A stretch of 64,000 bases of DNA from Octopus sinensis (lineage: Eukaryota). The stretch covers positions 1-64,000 of the forward strand of contig NW_021836130.1 in the NCBI RefSeq assembly GCF_006345805.1, given 5' to 3'. The notes below the pieces were generated by a model that made no database searches, had not been told where the DNA came from, and worked only from the letters and a program-made list of their open reading frames with translations. Positions 24,716-39,329 of the stretch are shown here, piece after piece. Made by a program: the position numbers and the translations under genes. The number at the start of each line of letters is the position of its first letter. Within the stretch, counting starts at the first letter, position 1.

Positions 24716-24845
24716 ACGGAAGAATTGGAAACGCCGAGGAAACGAAGATTTGATGGTTCAAGCGTACCAGAAGTTCGACTGATACTGGTCCAAAAATGAA
24801 TCTGCTTTCGTCGCCGCTGTGCTGGCTTCGATCGAGGACACAAGA
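24716..24845 (-). mobile_element. CRE-clade RLE fragment
   Basis: SSIEASTAA...FIFGPVSVE..SGTL. The counterpart in copy B (37210-37295) carries a different deletion. Confidence 0.7.
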
Positions 24846-25429
24846 GACATAATTTGATATGGTATAACCATGGATTATTGAATTTATTAACTTTATTCCT
24901 CAATATCTTTTAAAAGGCCTCTTGTTAGAAAATGAATGGACAAAAATTGACATTAAAAGATGCAATTTTGTTTGTTAATATGGCTTGGGATGACGTATCT
25001 ACTGAAAACTATTCAAAATTGTTTTAAGATTTTAAATGAATCTAATCACGAAAAATACATTAATTGAACATTATGAGACTGAAATGAAAAGAACTGACAT
25101 TTCGATCCTCTAATGAGCGAAGATTTTCTAAATATCGAAAACACAGAAGATCAAGATATAAAACGAAATTGTTTACAGAGGATCAAGAGTCTGAAATTAG
25201 CGACGAAGAGACAAAATCATATATCCACTCGATAGAAAAGATATTGCAAAGACATTAACTAGAATAGAAAGGCAACTTTACTGTAATGCAGAAATGAGAA
25301 TGATGTTTCGCTGATTACTGCAATAAGAAAATACAAAGAAAATGTAAAAAGAGCAAATAAAAAGGAATTAGGGATTGAATTTTATTTTAATAAAATTTAA
25401 ACGTGTTTATTTTATTTTTTTAAATATTG

Positions 25430-25514
25430 ATTTTTTTTCAAATTGGCCATTTTCTCAAATTGGCCATAAAATCTCTATGTACCAAAAATGGCCAATTTGC
25501 GAGGATTCACTGTA
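25430..25514. mobile_element. Possible pogo/Tc1-like terminal inverted repeat end
   Basis: Ends ...gcgaggattcactg-TA with subterminal aaattggcca repeats. No partner end was found. Confidence 0.35.
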
Positions 25515-25879
25515 TTATTCTAACCTCAGATCTGCTTAGCTTTATCAAAGGTAGTTTATTACAGCAAAGCCATACTAGCAAATTGACTTTTTTATGCGAT
25601 TGTATTTTTACAAAAAGTCATTGGCCTGGTCATTAGTCAATTATATTCATCTAATGACTTGCCAACAAGGTAGGAGGATTTTTTGGATCAGAATTACAAT
25701 TTTGCAAAAACATAAAGGAATACAGACTTCTGATATTTTAGACAATTTATGATAAACAGTCAACGCTTACTCATGGCCAGATTAATAAAATAAGTCCAGC
25801 GATCAATCTAAACCAAGTCAAAAAAAGTAAAATAATTTTATTATTAGAATTAATCTTGTGGTGCCAAATGCCAGATTCA

Positions 25880-27740
25880 ACACATATGCCGAATACTCTA
25901 CCTATGGGTCCACAAAAATACGGAAAGAGGGATAGGCTAGTCGGCCCGGGGGCATTTTACCATACAGATAAATCGTCCTCATTCTGAGTCACCTAAAATC
26001 TCTGCTCTCCGTGCCGTGCCATTACGCTATACGAGATGCATTTTCGGCTAAATTCGAACAGAATAAATCGATTGCTAACCTACTCAGTTTGTCAAAAGCA
26101 TACACTGAAAAGCAAACTAAGGAAAATAATGCCAATTCCTTAACCTTCCTCAGAGAATGTGAAAACGAGTTTTTTATCCAACTTAAAAGATGTGATGAAA
26201 TTCTTAATGACTCAAGGCCGCATTCAAGGAAAATCCCAAATATCAAAGTCAAAAAGGATTTAATTGAGGGACTAAATTTGGCGATTAAAAAATATTGTCA
26301 AAAATTCTCTTTACTATCTATTGACCAGATCTCAATAGTTATATACGCGGGACAATGTGCCTACCAAGAAATTACAAATGTCAGGCCAACCAACGACTGG
26401 AAGGTCAATATGAAAAAGAAAGTTGAGGACTGGAAGAGAAAATTGGAACTTGTTTGAAAGCACTTTGAGCTTAGAGTTACAGATGATGAGAAAAAGATCA
26501 CCTATGATATTCTCAGTTCGCTGAGCTACAAAAAATCAAAAAAGGGAGAGAAAGGAAGAATTATGTCGCACATCGAAGACACTATAAAAATATTAGAAAA
26601 GAAAATTACTGTGTATGAGTCCAGAAGGGAATTCAACCACGACAACCGCTCTTTCGAATTATATCGAAGAGCGTTCTACAGATCTTTGGACCCTGCTGAT
26701 CATTTATCATCTAGCATGTTTAACCCAGATGAGTGTTTTAATTTTTGGGAAGATATTTGGTCTAAAAGAACCAATACCTGTCAAAATGAGAAAATGAACT
26801 TGCCAGTCAAACAAACTGGGACAGAATCTGATATCTGCTCTATTAGTCAAGAACTTTTCGAAGATGTTATAAAATATCTTCCAAATTGGAGATCCTGTGG
26901 CTGCGACGGGGTGTATACATTTCGAATCTTTACATCCATATATCTATACTGAAATCTTAAAAATTTGTAAAGGAGAGTACATACCGAACAATTGGTTTTA
27001 CACTGGGATTACTTACCCCACCCCAAAGAAGCCTAACTCGAATTTGCCAAAAGACCTCAGATCCATAACATGCATGCCAAACCTGTATAAAGTTCTCACT
27101 AAATGCGTAAATACGAAATTAACGGATTATTTGGAATATTATTCGCTTGTTTCGGATAATCAACTTGGATGTAAAAGAAAATATCAATGAGCCAAAGAAC
27201 AGGCTTTGATTAGCAAGAGTATAAACCTGGCCTACGGAAACAATCTGTTTACTGTCTGGATAATGTGAACATTTTTGTCTATGACAAAAAGAAAACATGA
27301 TAACAATCATTGAAGTAGAATTACGTCGCAAGACAACTTGCAGAAGGTGGAAGTGGAAAAACTCCACAAATACGACTTACTTGCAAGTGAGATCGGACTG
27401 TTACATAGTGCCAAAGTACAAATTGTACCAATTGTTTTGACGTAGGATGCAATTACAACTAAATTCTACCCGAAATATTGCCAAAAACTGAAGTTAGTGG
27501 ATAAAATTAAATCATACATACAGTCTGTCGTTCTCAGAGCAACCTACCAAAATATGAACACAGAATACAAACCAATAGCGTCGGAAAAGACACCGCTGAT
27601 ACATTGTGTGTCGATACTAGCGATGCCGACACTCCCAGAGCCAATATGTCCCAGAGCGGGAACAGGAGACAGAGATTGGAATGACCAAATTAGTAACACT
27701 ATACCTAAACTATCAAATAACTAAACTTGATATTTTAACA
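25880..27740 (+). mobile_element. Internally deleted R4/Dong-like retrotransposon, copy B
   Basis: Same motifs as 13320-15170. Confidence 0.7.
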
Positions 27741-28003
27741 AAAAATTGTTTTTTATTCAAATAATCTGTCTGCCCATTCGTACAGTGAACGTTGGCCCTC
27801 AGAGGACAAAGTCGTTTTCAAGAGTGCATTTGCCTCCTCACCAATTCCACACTCTTGCGATTTTTCTTGAATATTATTATCTATTAAAAAATTATTAATT
27901 TAAAAATGTTATTAAATAAAATATTCATTCGGTTTTTACCGTGGTTTAGCTAATTAAATAAATAAAACAAATACTTGTTGTTCGGTGATTACAAAGCTCT
28001 CAC

Positions 28004-29498
28004 ATGCTGAATTCCCGTCGAATAATATCAACAATCATCAAATCCCTATCCACAACCGCCCCTCCAATACTCCGACCAATCTATATGGACTACCAAGCCA
28101 CGACCCCAATGGACCCACGTGTTTTGGACGCCATGTTGCCATACATGACTCACTGTGTTGGCAACGCTCACTCACGGACACATTTCTACGGCTGGGAGTC
28201 CGAACACGCCGTGGACCGAGCCAGAGAGCAAGTGGCGAGTCTAATAAATGCAAATCCCCAAGAAATAATATTCACATCGGGGGCCACGGAATCCAACAAT
28301 TTGTCCCTCAAAGGAATCGCCCATTTCTACGGAAAAAAACGGAAACACATAATCACATCACAAATCGTAAAAAACAAAACTAAACAACCCAGGAACACAA
28401 ATGTGTCCTCGATTGCTGCAGGATTCTGGAAAGTGAGGGTTTCAGGGTCACCTACCTCCCCGTCAACACGAAGGGGATCGTCGACCTGAAGGTATTCCAC
28501 GGAAAGTAGAGAATTGTAGTTATTGGAGTCGGAGATCACCCCCGACACGTGTTTGGTGTCGATAATGGGGGTACATAATGAAATAGGAGTAGTTCAGCCT
28601 ATCGGGGACATTGGTTTGGGTTGGTTGTCATTGGCAGGGGAGTTGTGTCGACGGAATAAAGTGTTCTTTCACTGCGATGCAGCCCAGACGGTCGGGAAGG
28701 TGCCTGTTGATGTCAGAAAGGACAAGATTGACCTTCTGTCTATCAGTGGGCACAAAATATACGGTCCTAAGGGTATTGTGTTGATATATGGAAGGGATTG
28801 GGGCACTTTTTGTGAATAGGGCTCAAAGAGTGCGACTGACCCCCCAAATGAGTGGAGGAGGACAGGAACGGGGTTTCCGTAGTGGGACATTGCCGGTCAG
28901 TCTGGTGGTCGGACTGGGGGAGGCTGCCAAGGTCGCGGGGGAGGAGATGGAGGTGGTGTGTGTTGTCTATTCTAGTATGACTACAAACACGTCAGTATGC
29001 TCAGAAATGTGTTGGTTGATGGACTGTTTTCTCGATTGGACAAACTGGAGAGAAATGGAGACCCCGATCGTTCATATCCGGGTGTGTTGTGTGGGTGTAT
29101 TGCAGGGTGTGTGAACATATCTTTCAGTTGTGTGGAAGGGGAGAGTCTGTTGATGGCCATAAAGAATGTTTCGGTCTCCTCTGGGAGGTTAGGAGTGGTG
29201 GTTGTGTAGTGGCAGTGCCTGCACGTCGAGTACTCTCGAGCCGTCCTATGTCCTGAGAGCCTTGGCTACGTCTGAGGAGTTGGCTCATTCGTCGATTCGG
29301 TAGTTGGTGGGGAGTGTTTGGTAGGTTTGGAATAGGCAGGTTTACTACATTAGCACAGGTGGAGTATACTGTCGATTTGGTGGTCGAGAAGGTCAATAAA
29401 CTGAGGGAAATGAGGTACGGGGGGTCTTATTGTGTAGTCCTCTTTGGGAGATGGTTCAGGATGGGGTCGATTTGTCCACTATACAATGGAAACATTAA
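28004..29498 (+). CDS. NFS1: Cysteine desulfurase, copy B
   Basis: Same motifs; [13 protein letters not shown] is in frame here. Confidence 0.96.
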
Positions 29499-29720
29499 AT
29501 TAATTTTTTACATTTTTAAACAGTGGACAGTCTGAGTTTGGGAATCTTTTTATCTAAATAGGTCAAATGAATTTTTTATGAATTTAGTTTTTAGGAACTA
29601 GAAATTAAATTTGCTTTATTAAATGCTATTAAAAATAAAATTATTCTCAAATAAATACTTAGGAATTTAATTCAGCGTGTCTTATTTTAAATTAATAAAT
29701 CGGTCTAATTTATATAATTT

Positions 29721-31548
29721 ATGTCCATGACTTGTCAGATACGTATTTTCCCAAATTAAATCTTTCTAGGCACAGAGGATTCACCCTTGGCCACTAATTC
29801 AAAAAAATCAGGTCCTTCAATTGGTTTTTGATGTCTAAGGTAGCCAAAATAAGATCCTTGCATATATTCGGATATTTCTAAAGACTGTAGTTATATTTTC
29901 AGTCTTGTACTTGTTCATATTTTCTCTCAAACTAATGGGGACATCCTTAAAACTACTCGGAGGTAATTCGAGTCTGACATTTTTTGAGGAGGAAACCTTC
30001 AAGTTCGCTAGAAAAAATAACTTTGCTCAAAAACCCAATCGTGGGACTTGTGATTGGAATTCTTATCACAATCGTCGTCCAAAGCTCGTCTGCTTCGTCC
30101 TCGATAATCGTCACGATGGTGGGAAATAAAAGTAGTCATTTTTCATGTGTTTAAGTAATTTCCGTGAGTGTGGCCATTCCCGTGATCATGGGGGCCAACA
30201 TTGGCACGTCCCTCACCAACACCATCGTCGCCTTCGGAAACATCAAAAACCGCGGTGATTTTGCACGTGCGTTCGCGGGGGCAGTGATTCACGACATTTT
30301 TAATTTGCTGACTGTCGGAATATTTCTTACTTTGGAGGAATTGTTAAGTTTTGTTTGTTTTGTGAGTTTTTTTAGTTGCGACTGTTGGTATTGGGTATTT
30401 GGAGTACATTTCGTGGAAATCGTGTGTGCCTTTGGTTTGCAAAAACTGCACGAAGGTCTCCAAAGTTGACTTTTTTTCAAAAATCACAAAAAGTCTCGAA
30501 AATCTGATTGTCCAAATCGACAAGAAAAAAATCAGTAAATCCAACGAAACGAGCATTTTGAAGAAAAAATGCCAAAGAATGATTGACAACAAGACAGAGA
30601 AATATAGCTGTTGTGTTCCGTTGTAGATCCCTATTAGTGAGCAGGTGGCTTTCTCTTTGCTTACTCAACTCTGACTGACTCTCAAATCGGGGCCATTCTC
30701 CTAGTTCTGTCACTTGTGTGCATTGCAGTGGGTCTTGTATTTCTTGTTAAACTTTTGTATTCTCTGCTCAATTCTAAACTCGTTTTTGGAGTCAAAAAAG
30801 TATTTTGATAGATTTTTTAGATAATCAATTCTGACTTTCCGGGGGTGTTCAAACACTTGACGGGCTATTTTGCCATCGTAGTTGGAGTTGTCTTCACCAT
30901 GCTGTTGCAAAGTAGTTCAGCATTCACGTCTATTTTAACTCCGTTGGTTGGAGTGAATATTATTTCGATTGAGCGATTTTATCCAATGTGTCTGGGTTCG
31001 AATCTGGGACCACATTTACTGCAATTCTCGCTGCGTTGGCGATTGACCCAGAAACACGATTTCCTGCTCTTCAGGTTGCTTTTTGTCATTTGTACTTCAA
31101 CTTGAATGGCATATTGGTGTGGTACCCTGTCCCCCTGCTTCGGAGGGTAGTCCACTTTTTGATTTTCAGGTCCCGCTCATGGCTGCTCACAGATTTGGGA
31201 CGATCACGGAAAAGTACCGTTGGTTCCCCTTGGTCTACATTGTCTTGGTTTTTTCATGTTTCCTGGATTTATTTTTGTATTGTCGTTGGGTGGGTGGAAG
31301 GTGTTTGTCGGGGTTTTGTCGCCGATGTTAATTTTGCTGGTCTTTGTCGTGGTTGTGTCCATTTTTCAAAAAAAAAGCCCGGGGTTTTGCCGAGGGTTTT
31401 GAGGGATTGGAAATTTTTGCCAGAATGGCTTCGCTCGTTAGAATTTTATGACAGAATTTTTGCCAAAATATGCTCGCGATTTAAGTCAAGGAAAAAAATT
31501 TTTCAGAAAGTTGATACATCTAATGAAAATCATAATTGCAATTTATGA
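29721..31548 (+). CDS. SLC34 phosphate transporter, copy B
   Basis: As copy A. Confidence 0.9.
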
Positions 31549-31820
31549 TATTTAATCATTTTTTTTGTTTATTAAATTTATTATAAAAGTTTTAAATAAA
31601 ATTCAAATTTTTGTAATCACGTGGTCATCTCACTAAATGCAAAATTTTGAAATTAACAAAAAAAGATGTTTAACTTCTCCAGATTTAAGCATAAAGAAAT
31701 CATTTGATGATCGTTTACTTAAAATAATCACTTTTATCAACAACCACAACGACTACTACACCACTAGTTCATGCTCAGGCAGAGTCTCCCTATCTATCAC
31801 CGTATAAGAATAATATATTT

Positions 31821-32290
31821 TTAAAGAACATAACCAACGATAAACAATCCTGCAAATGGCTGTACGTTACACACGATTTTTGCGACCCACGTGCCCTGGT
31901 CTAATTTTGTGTAGTCAAAAAAGACCGAAGCCTTGAAAAACACGGAAGAGACCGTCGGACGTGTTTCCGTCAGATTTGAGCCTGCCATTTTGCACGTGGC
32001 CTGTCGGTCTGTCGAAAAGGCACAAAAACTGGTATTTTTACCATAAATTTCCAAGTTGGCCATCGCCTTGTTTTCCGGGTTCAAAAATTCAGGAATTTCA
32101 ATCGACAAAAAATTTAAAAAAATTTTGTTGGTTGAAAGATGGTTTTTTATGTCCTTTCAGGCAATTCGATGTACATCCAATTTGGAGGTGCCTGTGGGTG
32201 AGGATGGGAGAGTATTTGTGGACTGTGATGTATGTTTGTCGTTGATTGTAGTATATTACATATTTGTGTCGTATTTCGAATGAAAAGCAG
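31821..32290 (-). CDS. Hypothetical protein, copy B
   Basis: As copy A. Confidence 0.4.
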
Positions 32291-33063
32291 ACGAGAAATT
32301 TCAGTTTGATTCAGCGGTTTTATTTTTTTTCTTATTGGGATTTAGATTTGAGGATAATTTGAATTCTCTTTAATTTTATTTTTTAATTTTGATATATTTT
32401 TGATAAAAGACAAAGTCCTGGGTGGTTGTCCTAATTTTAGAAAATGTTTTAATGAAATAAATCGTCATTTTTTTCTGTCGTAACATGTTTACTGATTAAG
32501 TCACAGGAATTGACGAAATGAAATATATTGGCGTGGTTAGAGAGCTGAGATATCAAAAAGTGCTTAGATTTTGGCTGGGTTCAGAAATATTAGGCTAGAA
32601 AGAAGTAAATAAGGTCAAATTTAAGTTTAAATTTAGTTGAGATAGAAATAAAATAGTTGATGTAGTTGTCCTTTCTATATATTGAAAGGTGAATAATTGA
32701 TTCAGTTTATTTTAAATTAGTTATTTAGTGAAAACAATATTGTTAATTCGTAGAATATTTAATTTGTTCCTCGACACTTTTGGGGTCAAAACAGATCCAA
32801 ATGTGAGACTTCTGCAATTATATTCTCTTGACCCCATTTGTTCGTTTTAAGTTGTGATTTTAAAAAGTCTAATTATGTTATAAATTTAAGTTTTTAGATA
32901 AAAAACCATCCATTAATGGGGCACTATTAGAACATTTCGATCGATTTTATCGAATTGCTAATTAAATTAGTTAAGTATATAAAGGTGATCTTCATGAAAG
33001 TTTATTTGTGTGATTGTTCATTCTGAAAAGAGATTTTTAACAATTTTCAAATTAAATTTTGGA

Positions 33064-34561
33064 ATGTTTTTCATATTATTTCTAACACAACTACAACATG
33101 GTTCCTAATTAAACTATATTTTGTAGTAAATGTATTGTCAACTGAAAAATTGCTGATTAAGCAAATTCTAAAACGCTATCACGAATCGGGTAAATCGAAT
33201 CGACCAGTTGAAAGCTCATTAGACACATTAAAGATTTATTTTGGACTTACTTTAATCCAAATCCTCAATTTGAACGAAAAAGAGCAAGTCCTCACAACAA
33301 ACGTGTGGCTCACATTTGTTACGAAATATCAAAAATTATTATTTTTAGTCATGGCACGACCATTTCCTCCAATGGAACCCGTCGGAATACGACAACATCT
33401 CCGTCATTCGCGTATATTCTCACCTCATCTGGAAACCAGATATTGTACTTTATAATTAGTATACAACACATATATTGATACATAGTGCGGATATGAGATT
33501 AGAAGACAAACGAGACGCCTTGGCTACAATATACGCAGATGGAAGAATCCTGTGGATCCCTCAGTCAATTCTCCTATCTTCGTGTCCCATCGATATTTTC
33601 TACTTTCCATTTGACACTCAAAAATGCGAACTCAAGTTTGGGTCCTGGACATACACAGGCGAGGACGTCGATATGGATTTCTATGATAATAAAGAAGCAT
33701 TCGAACTGACAGAATATGTGGAAAGCAACACGTGGAATCTTCTCGAGTCTAACGCTGTAAAAAGCATCAAGAATTATCCTTGCTGTTCTGAGAAATTCGT
33801 TGATATAACATTTTATTTGGTTCTCAGCAGAAAGGGAGGGTTTTATCACTATATCTTGGCCGTTCCTTGCATTCTTCTGTCGATGCTCACACTTTCGATA
33901 TTTTGGATTCCCGCCGAGTCCCCTTCCAAAATGTTACTCGGTTTTTTATATATTTTTTACTGATTAGGAATGAATATTTATGTTGCGTTTTTTGTTCTTC
34001 TTTTGCTACTTTCCGAATCAATTCCGCGAGCTGCCTCGACCGTGCCGCTGTTGGGTTTTTGTTGTGTGGGAAGATTTTATTGTAGGGAGTTATTTTGTGT
34101 TCAACATGGTCCTCATAACCTTGTCCACATTTTTGGCTGCCATTGTTGTTACTTTTAATATGAGGGGAGAAAAAGTGAATCCTCTGCCGATTAAACTTAA
34201 AAAAGTTCATTTTTGTGATTATTTGAAGGTTATTTTTAAACTTGGACGAATTATTGGATTTCGTAATCTCACAGAAAATGACAATATAACAACTATTCCC
34301 AAAAATATTAGAATTTATAAACCAAATGTTCGACAACGGATTTTGCCGAACAGTGTGGAGGCTGACGTTCGTCAAATTGCTGAGTGCGTGAGAGAACTCT
34401 TTGGAAAGAAGGAATCGAAAGACCGAATTAACTCAATTCTCTCTGAATGGAGGCTTTCCGCTTTGATTTTGGATCGACTGTTCTTCATTATTTATGTTGT
34501 CACTAATATTGTGGCAATATTATACATATTCATAAGTTTGTTACATTTTTTATTTATTTAG
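33064..34561 (+). CDS. nAChR alpha-type subunit, copy B
   Basis: As copy A. TM1-2 [32 protein letters not shown] is intact. Confidence 0.93.
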
Positions 34562-35001
34562 AAATCATGTCGTGATCGGATTTACTTTTTTTAAACAGTT
34601 AAAAAAATTTTTTATCTTAACTCTATTTAATCAGAAAATTAGACATTTTTTAAATCAAAAATCAAATTGAGATTTACTGTCAAGATTTAATCGCCTCTCT
34701 CCAGCCAAAGTAGAGAGACTCTACAAGTCCAATGTACATGCTGGAGATCCGGTTCAGATCCAAACATTATAATAATCGAAATTCGGCTATTTTCTATATG
34801 TGTTGATAGACCCCAGGATATGCCGACAATTAAAAACTGTGATGAAGGAAATTCAATTTTATAAATAATACAATTCTCGTGATATAAATTGAATATTTGT
34901 TTTCTGTCATAAGAGCACTTAACGTTTCAAAGTATACAGGAAATCTATAGCAATCAAATTCATCATTAATAAGAGAAATAATCAACATCGAAAAGCCACG
35001 A

Positions 35002-35674
35002 ATGAGTAATAAGGCAGGTCAAAAAATGACTATAAACCAGAAAAATACTCCTTCCAGAACAGAAAAAAAGGCAAGCCTGAAACCTCCGGGGAAAATTGGA
35101 AAACTTACTCAAGCACAAATCCAAGAATTCAAAGAAGTGGTCCATTCTTTGACCTTTACAGGGATTTGCCATCATTGATCAAAACAACGACGGGAAAATT
35201 GATCTTGAAGACTTGAAAACTACTTATGAGTCATTAGGTTGTGAATTCTGATTTTATGTATAAGGGCTCACTCCGGACGAAATACGACTCAAGGAAATGT
35301 TGAATGAAGTGAAGGGACCGATAAATCTGACGGCGTTTCTTAGCATGTTTGGGGAAAAAATGTCTGGTAAAAATGAATTGGCAACTTTCAGGGACTGACA
35401 GTGAACAAAAACTGATTAGTTCTTTTAAAATGTTTGACAAAAAAGGAGATGGGACAATTCATCAAGACTAGTCGTAGTTATTTAATATTTTCTAGTCTAA
35501 AGGATATCCTGACCAATATGGGGGACAACTTTTCGGAAAAAGAGGTTGATTAATTTTGTTTATTAAAAGTTAAAAGAAATGTTGAAGGACATACAGTTGG
35601 GAGAAAATGGAGAATTTGATTACATCTCGTACACGAATTTTATTAAAAGTGGAGATTACAATAAAGAACAATAA
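35002..35674 (+). CDS. Myosin regulatory light chain, copy B
   Basis: As copy A. Confidence 0.9.
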
Positions 35675-35891
35675 TTCTTTAAAACTAAAATACTAATTGA
35701 AGAAATTAATTAAATAAAGAAAAATATTTTTAAAATTGAATAGATATTTTAAAAATTCGATATTTTTAAAATTACCTTGTGTGGAATGTAAATGACGTAC
35801 AATTCCAATTAAGAATGACGATTAATTAACGTAAGTAACAATACGATTGACAATATATACTAGAAAATCGTTTATATTTAGATTTTGATAT

Positions 35892-36115
35892 ATGTAAATT
35901 TTAATTTATGTTTATTAAAGGGTTAAGAAAGCAGGAAAAGTAGTAAAGCCAAGACAAAAAAAGACCAAGGTTTAAAAAAAATAAAATTCGTTGTTTAGAC
36001 CAAGGTCAAGACGAGCAAAAAACCTGTGAAATTCAAACAAATCAAAAAGAGGACTCCTTCAAAGAAAAGAGTATGCTGCCGGAAAAAGACTTCGAAATGC
36101 TGCAAGAATGCCTAA
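35892..36115 (+). CDS. 55-aa Lys-rich basic protein, copy B
   Basis: Intron at 35894-35920. Differs from copy A by 3 replacement and 3 silent substitutions, with no exonic indels. Confidence 0.7.
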
Positions 36116-36379
36116 AATACTAATTTAATCTTAATAATACATTAACAAATGTTTTAATTCTTATTAATTCACTAAAAATTTTAATTAATATTTTGTAATG
36201 TTGATTGTATATTAAAAGTTATATTTGACTTTATTGATATTATTGGAAATACAGTGGATTTTTTTAACGAAAATCTAAAATAATTTTCGTTGTAGCGTCA
36301 AGATGTGTATAAGTAATTTGGTGATGCTACTTTTAATCAATTTGTTTCATTGATGTAAAGTTTAGAGTTTAAGTGATTT

Positions 36380-37205
36380 TATTAGGTTACGATAATTGAT
36401 GACGAATTATAAAAATCAGATAATAATTTTATATTTTCAAAACAATGGGATAAATACTCTCCATCATAGTGATTGTTTTGGTCCAAAGAAAAATACAAGG
36501 ACGCCATATAATGGAAAAGAATCGACCACATCCTTAGAATTAACCTTCCCCGAAATTAGCACCAATTATTTTTTGGACGGTAAAATATGACCTACAGAGT
36601 GATCACAATCCAATTATTTTACGGATAAACCGTTCTCAAATGACTCGAGAGAATCATGATTCCTACTACGATTAAAATAATGCAAAATGGTCGGCTTATA
36701 AGAAATACGTCGATACGAAACTTTCCACATTCTATCCTGGACCCAACTCCCTCGATAGGGCAGACAAATATTTCAATAAAGTGATACTTGAGGGAAGGAA
36801 ATTAAGAGAAGAACGAACCAGAATCATACAGGCCAATATCTCTATTATGTGCCTCTCGAGAATTCCTGAAAAGTTGATTCTTGGCCGTATTCGACATTTT
36901 ATTCCGGAAGCAGCTTTTCAACATGGCTTCGAGAAAGGACAGTCATTTACTGTCCCTGAAACAATTTGTTACAAAAGGGTTGGAAAGAAAACCTAAACAG
37001 GAAAAAACGATTGTATGCTCAATTGATATTCATAAGGCTTTTGAAACGGTCTCCCGAAAAATTATTACGCAGAAAATTTACTCGTTGAATATGGAACCAA
37101 ATTTAAAACTATGACTTGCCAATTTTCTGAATGGACGTCGGGGTAGAGTCTACAATGTCAAGTGTGTTGCTACACACAACAAATTGGATCACTTTGCCAT
37201 GTTTC
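36380..37205 (+). mobile_element. Decayed APE-type LINE, copy B
   Basis: As copy A. Confidence 0.75.
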
Positions 37206-37209
37206 TTTC

Positions 37210-37295
37210 AAAAAATGAATCTGTCCGCGAGGGATTTGTATTTTTCGGTTTTTCGGGCCTCCGCTTTTGCCGCCGCTGTACTGGCTTCGATCGAG
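37210..37295 (-). mobile_element. CRE-clade RLE fragment
   Basis: SSIEASTAAAKAEARKTEKYKSLADRFIF. Confidence 0.8.
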
Positions 37296-38219
37296 GACAC
37301 AAGAGACATAATTCGATATGTGCATAACCATGGATTACTGAATTTATTCACTTGATTCCTCGATATTTTTCGAAAGGCCTCTTGTTAGAAAATGAATGGA
37401 CAAATGTTATAACTGCACACAGCATTTCCCACTTTTTTTAACTGTTTTCCATCATTTTTGACAACTTTCTAGTTAACGTTTGACTAAATCTTTCGACAAT
37501 TTCTTGAGCCCGAAGATTATTGGGTTTTTCTTGGATTTGTTTGATGTTAAAATATACGCATTGTTGTGTTATTTCTTAATTTTTGAATTCAGACCCATTG
37601 TCTGATTGAAGAAATTTGCATGGTCCATTTAGGCGAAACAAAAATATTTAGTTTTGATACACTTCTTTACCTGACTTAATAGAGTGGCCGTGCAAATGCA
37701 AATCTATAAAAATTAAAAAAAACCAACCTACTATTAATGTCAATGAATAATGTGGACAGATGTGTCATCAGTCACCGTGTTGGAACATTTGTTAGGGAAT
37801 ATCATCAGTATTAGTATTGTTAGTGTTATAGAGATGGAACACATGGGATTGGTACCCTTGCAGTTGTTCTGTTCCGTCTTGGAAATGTGCACTCCCGAGT
37901 AGTTAGTTGGCGAGGATTGAATATTTTAATCTTGTTATGTGTTTTGGCGACTTGTAGATGTTTGTGAAACACATACAGTCTTTGTGAAAATATTATTGTG
38001 CCAGAATTAATACTCAATCCAGTCGCGGGAAGAAGGAGGACCAGAATTGACGGGAATATTATGTGGTTAGTGATTTGTTTTATGGGAAAGCAATGTAGGA
38101 AGGAGAATGAGAGGATGTTGGTCAAAGTCCATGAGTGTCTCTTTTTACGAAAAGACAAAGAATGTTGTATTGGCCGTCTATATAAAAAATTATGATTATA
38201 TGTATTCAAAAGTATAGTG

Positions 38220-39250
38220 AGTTATTCAGTCATGTTTATCAGAATAATTTGAGTTCTTGACGTTAAGGTCTTAGGCAGGAAAGGCACTCTTGTCAGTAAA
38301 AAAGTTTTAGCTACCAAAAGGTAAATAGCAAAGTGTTACTAGTTGTCACTGGCTTCCTCGATTACTTTTAACAAACAATTAAATATGAATTTCTCCATTA
38401 TCCTTTAACAGAGACTGATAATTCTTTATATTTGATGTTAGTTTTCCTTTTTTCCAACTATACGGACAATTGTTCTCTTTCAGGACAAAATACGACAAAT
38501 TATTAAGACAAAATAAATACACCAATTAGTGTAGAATCTTCATTTTTATACAGAGGAACTTTGTTTTTACAGTCTGGATTGCAATTCTTACTTCTTCAGA
38601 TGAGATTGGTGTAAAACGGGCATTTAACTGCTAACATCTCATTGATGTTTTGTTTGTTGTTTTGAGCTTGTTTTGCGATAAAAGCAATGCATTGAACTTT
38701 GGTTAACAAATTCTTCTATTTTAATAAGAGTTCGGTTGCCTGATCTGAAACTCATTTTGTTCTCAAATGATTTCTTGACAGAATTTTTCAGGATTTCGAA
38801 TTTTTAATTTGTGAATTTTGTGTCAATTCATTTTCTTGGTTTTCTGCACTCAATTGTTTGAGGAAGATAATCTATGTTGTGCTCCGCATATGAAAGCTCG
38901 CACATTTTTCTTGAGTTCTAGAGCATTAAAAAACAAGTTTTTTTCTGTTTGCTGCAAAATGATTGATTTTAAGCAAAGTTAATATTTTTAGTTTTCCAGA
39001 CCTCGTTTATTTAATAAGACATTTTCCGTCTTAACTTTTACAATGTACCCATAGTCCATATATTTAGCATTTAAATCACTAGAATTGGTTTTTAATTGTT
39101 AAATTGTCTACAATTCATGGATATTCACATAATTTTTTGGAGTACATTTCTCCAATTGTTATTTATTGTGGTTGGTTCAAAAATATTTTTAATTCTAGAA
39201 ATTCTATTCAAATTCATTTTTCAATATTTTAAAGGTCTAGGAATAAATGC
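38220..39250 (-). mobile_element. Highly decayed LINE-like RT remnant
   Basis: Only weak traces such as ENKMSFRSG, resembling QxGFRxG. Many stops. Confidence 0.35.
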
Positions 39251-39329
39251 CGACTTTTAATACACACAAATTATATCCATCGAGTTTAAATTGCATCTTT
39301 TTATTTTATTTTTATTTATAATTCAAACA

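Larger units (their letters stand above)
12986..24944 (+). repeat. Segmental duplication, copy A (~12 kb)
   Basis: Collinear and near-identical to 25539-37404, from gctttatcaaaggtag to gaaaatgaatggacaaa. Confidence 0.97.
25539..37404 (+). repeat. Segmental duplication, copy B
   Basis: See copy A; the offset is about 12.55 kb. Confidence 0.97.

Noticed and set aside
37826-38209. 127-aa minus-strand ORF
   Set aside because: No recognisable motif; it lies in TE debris and is probably a chance frame.
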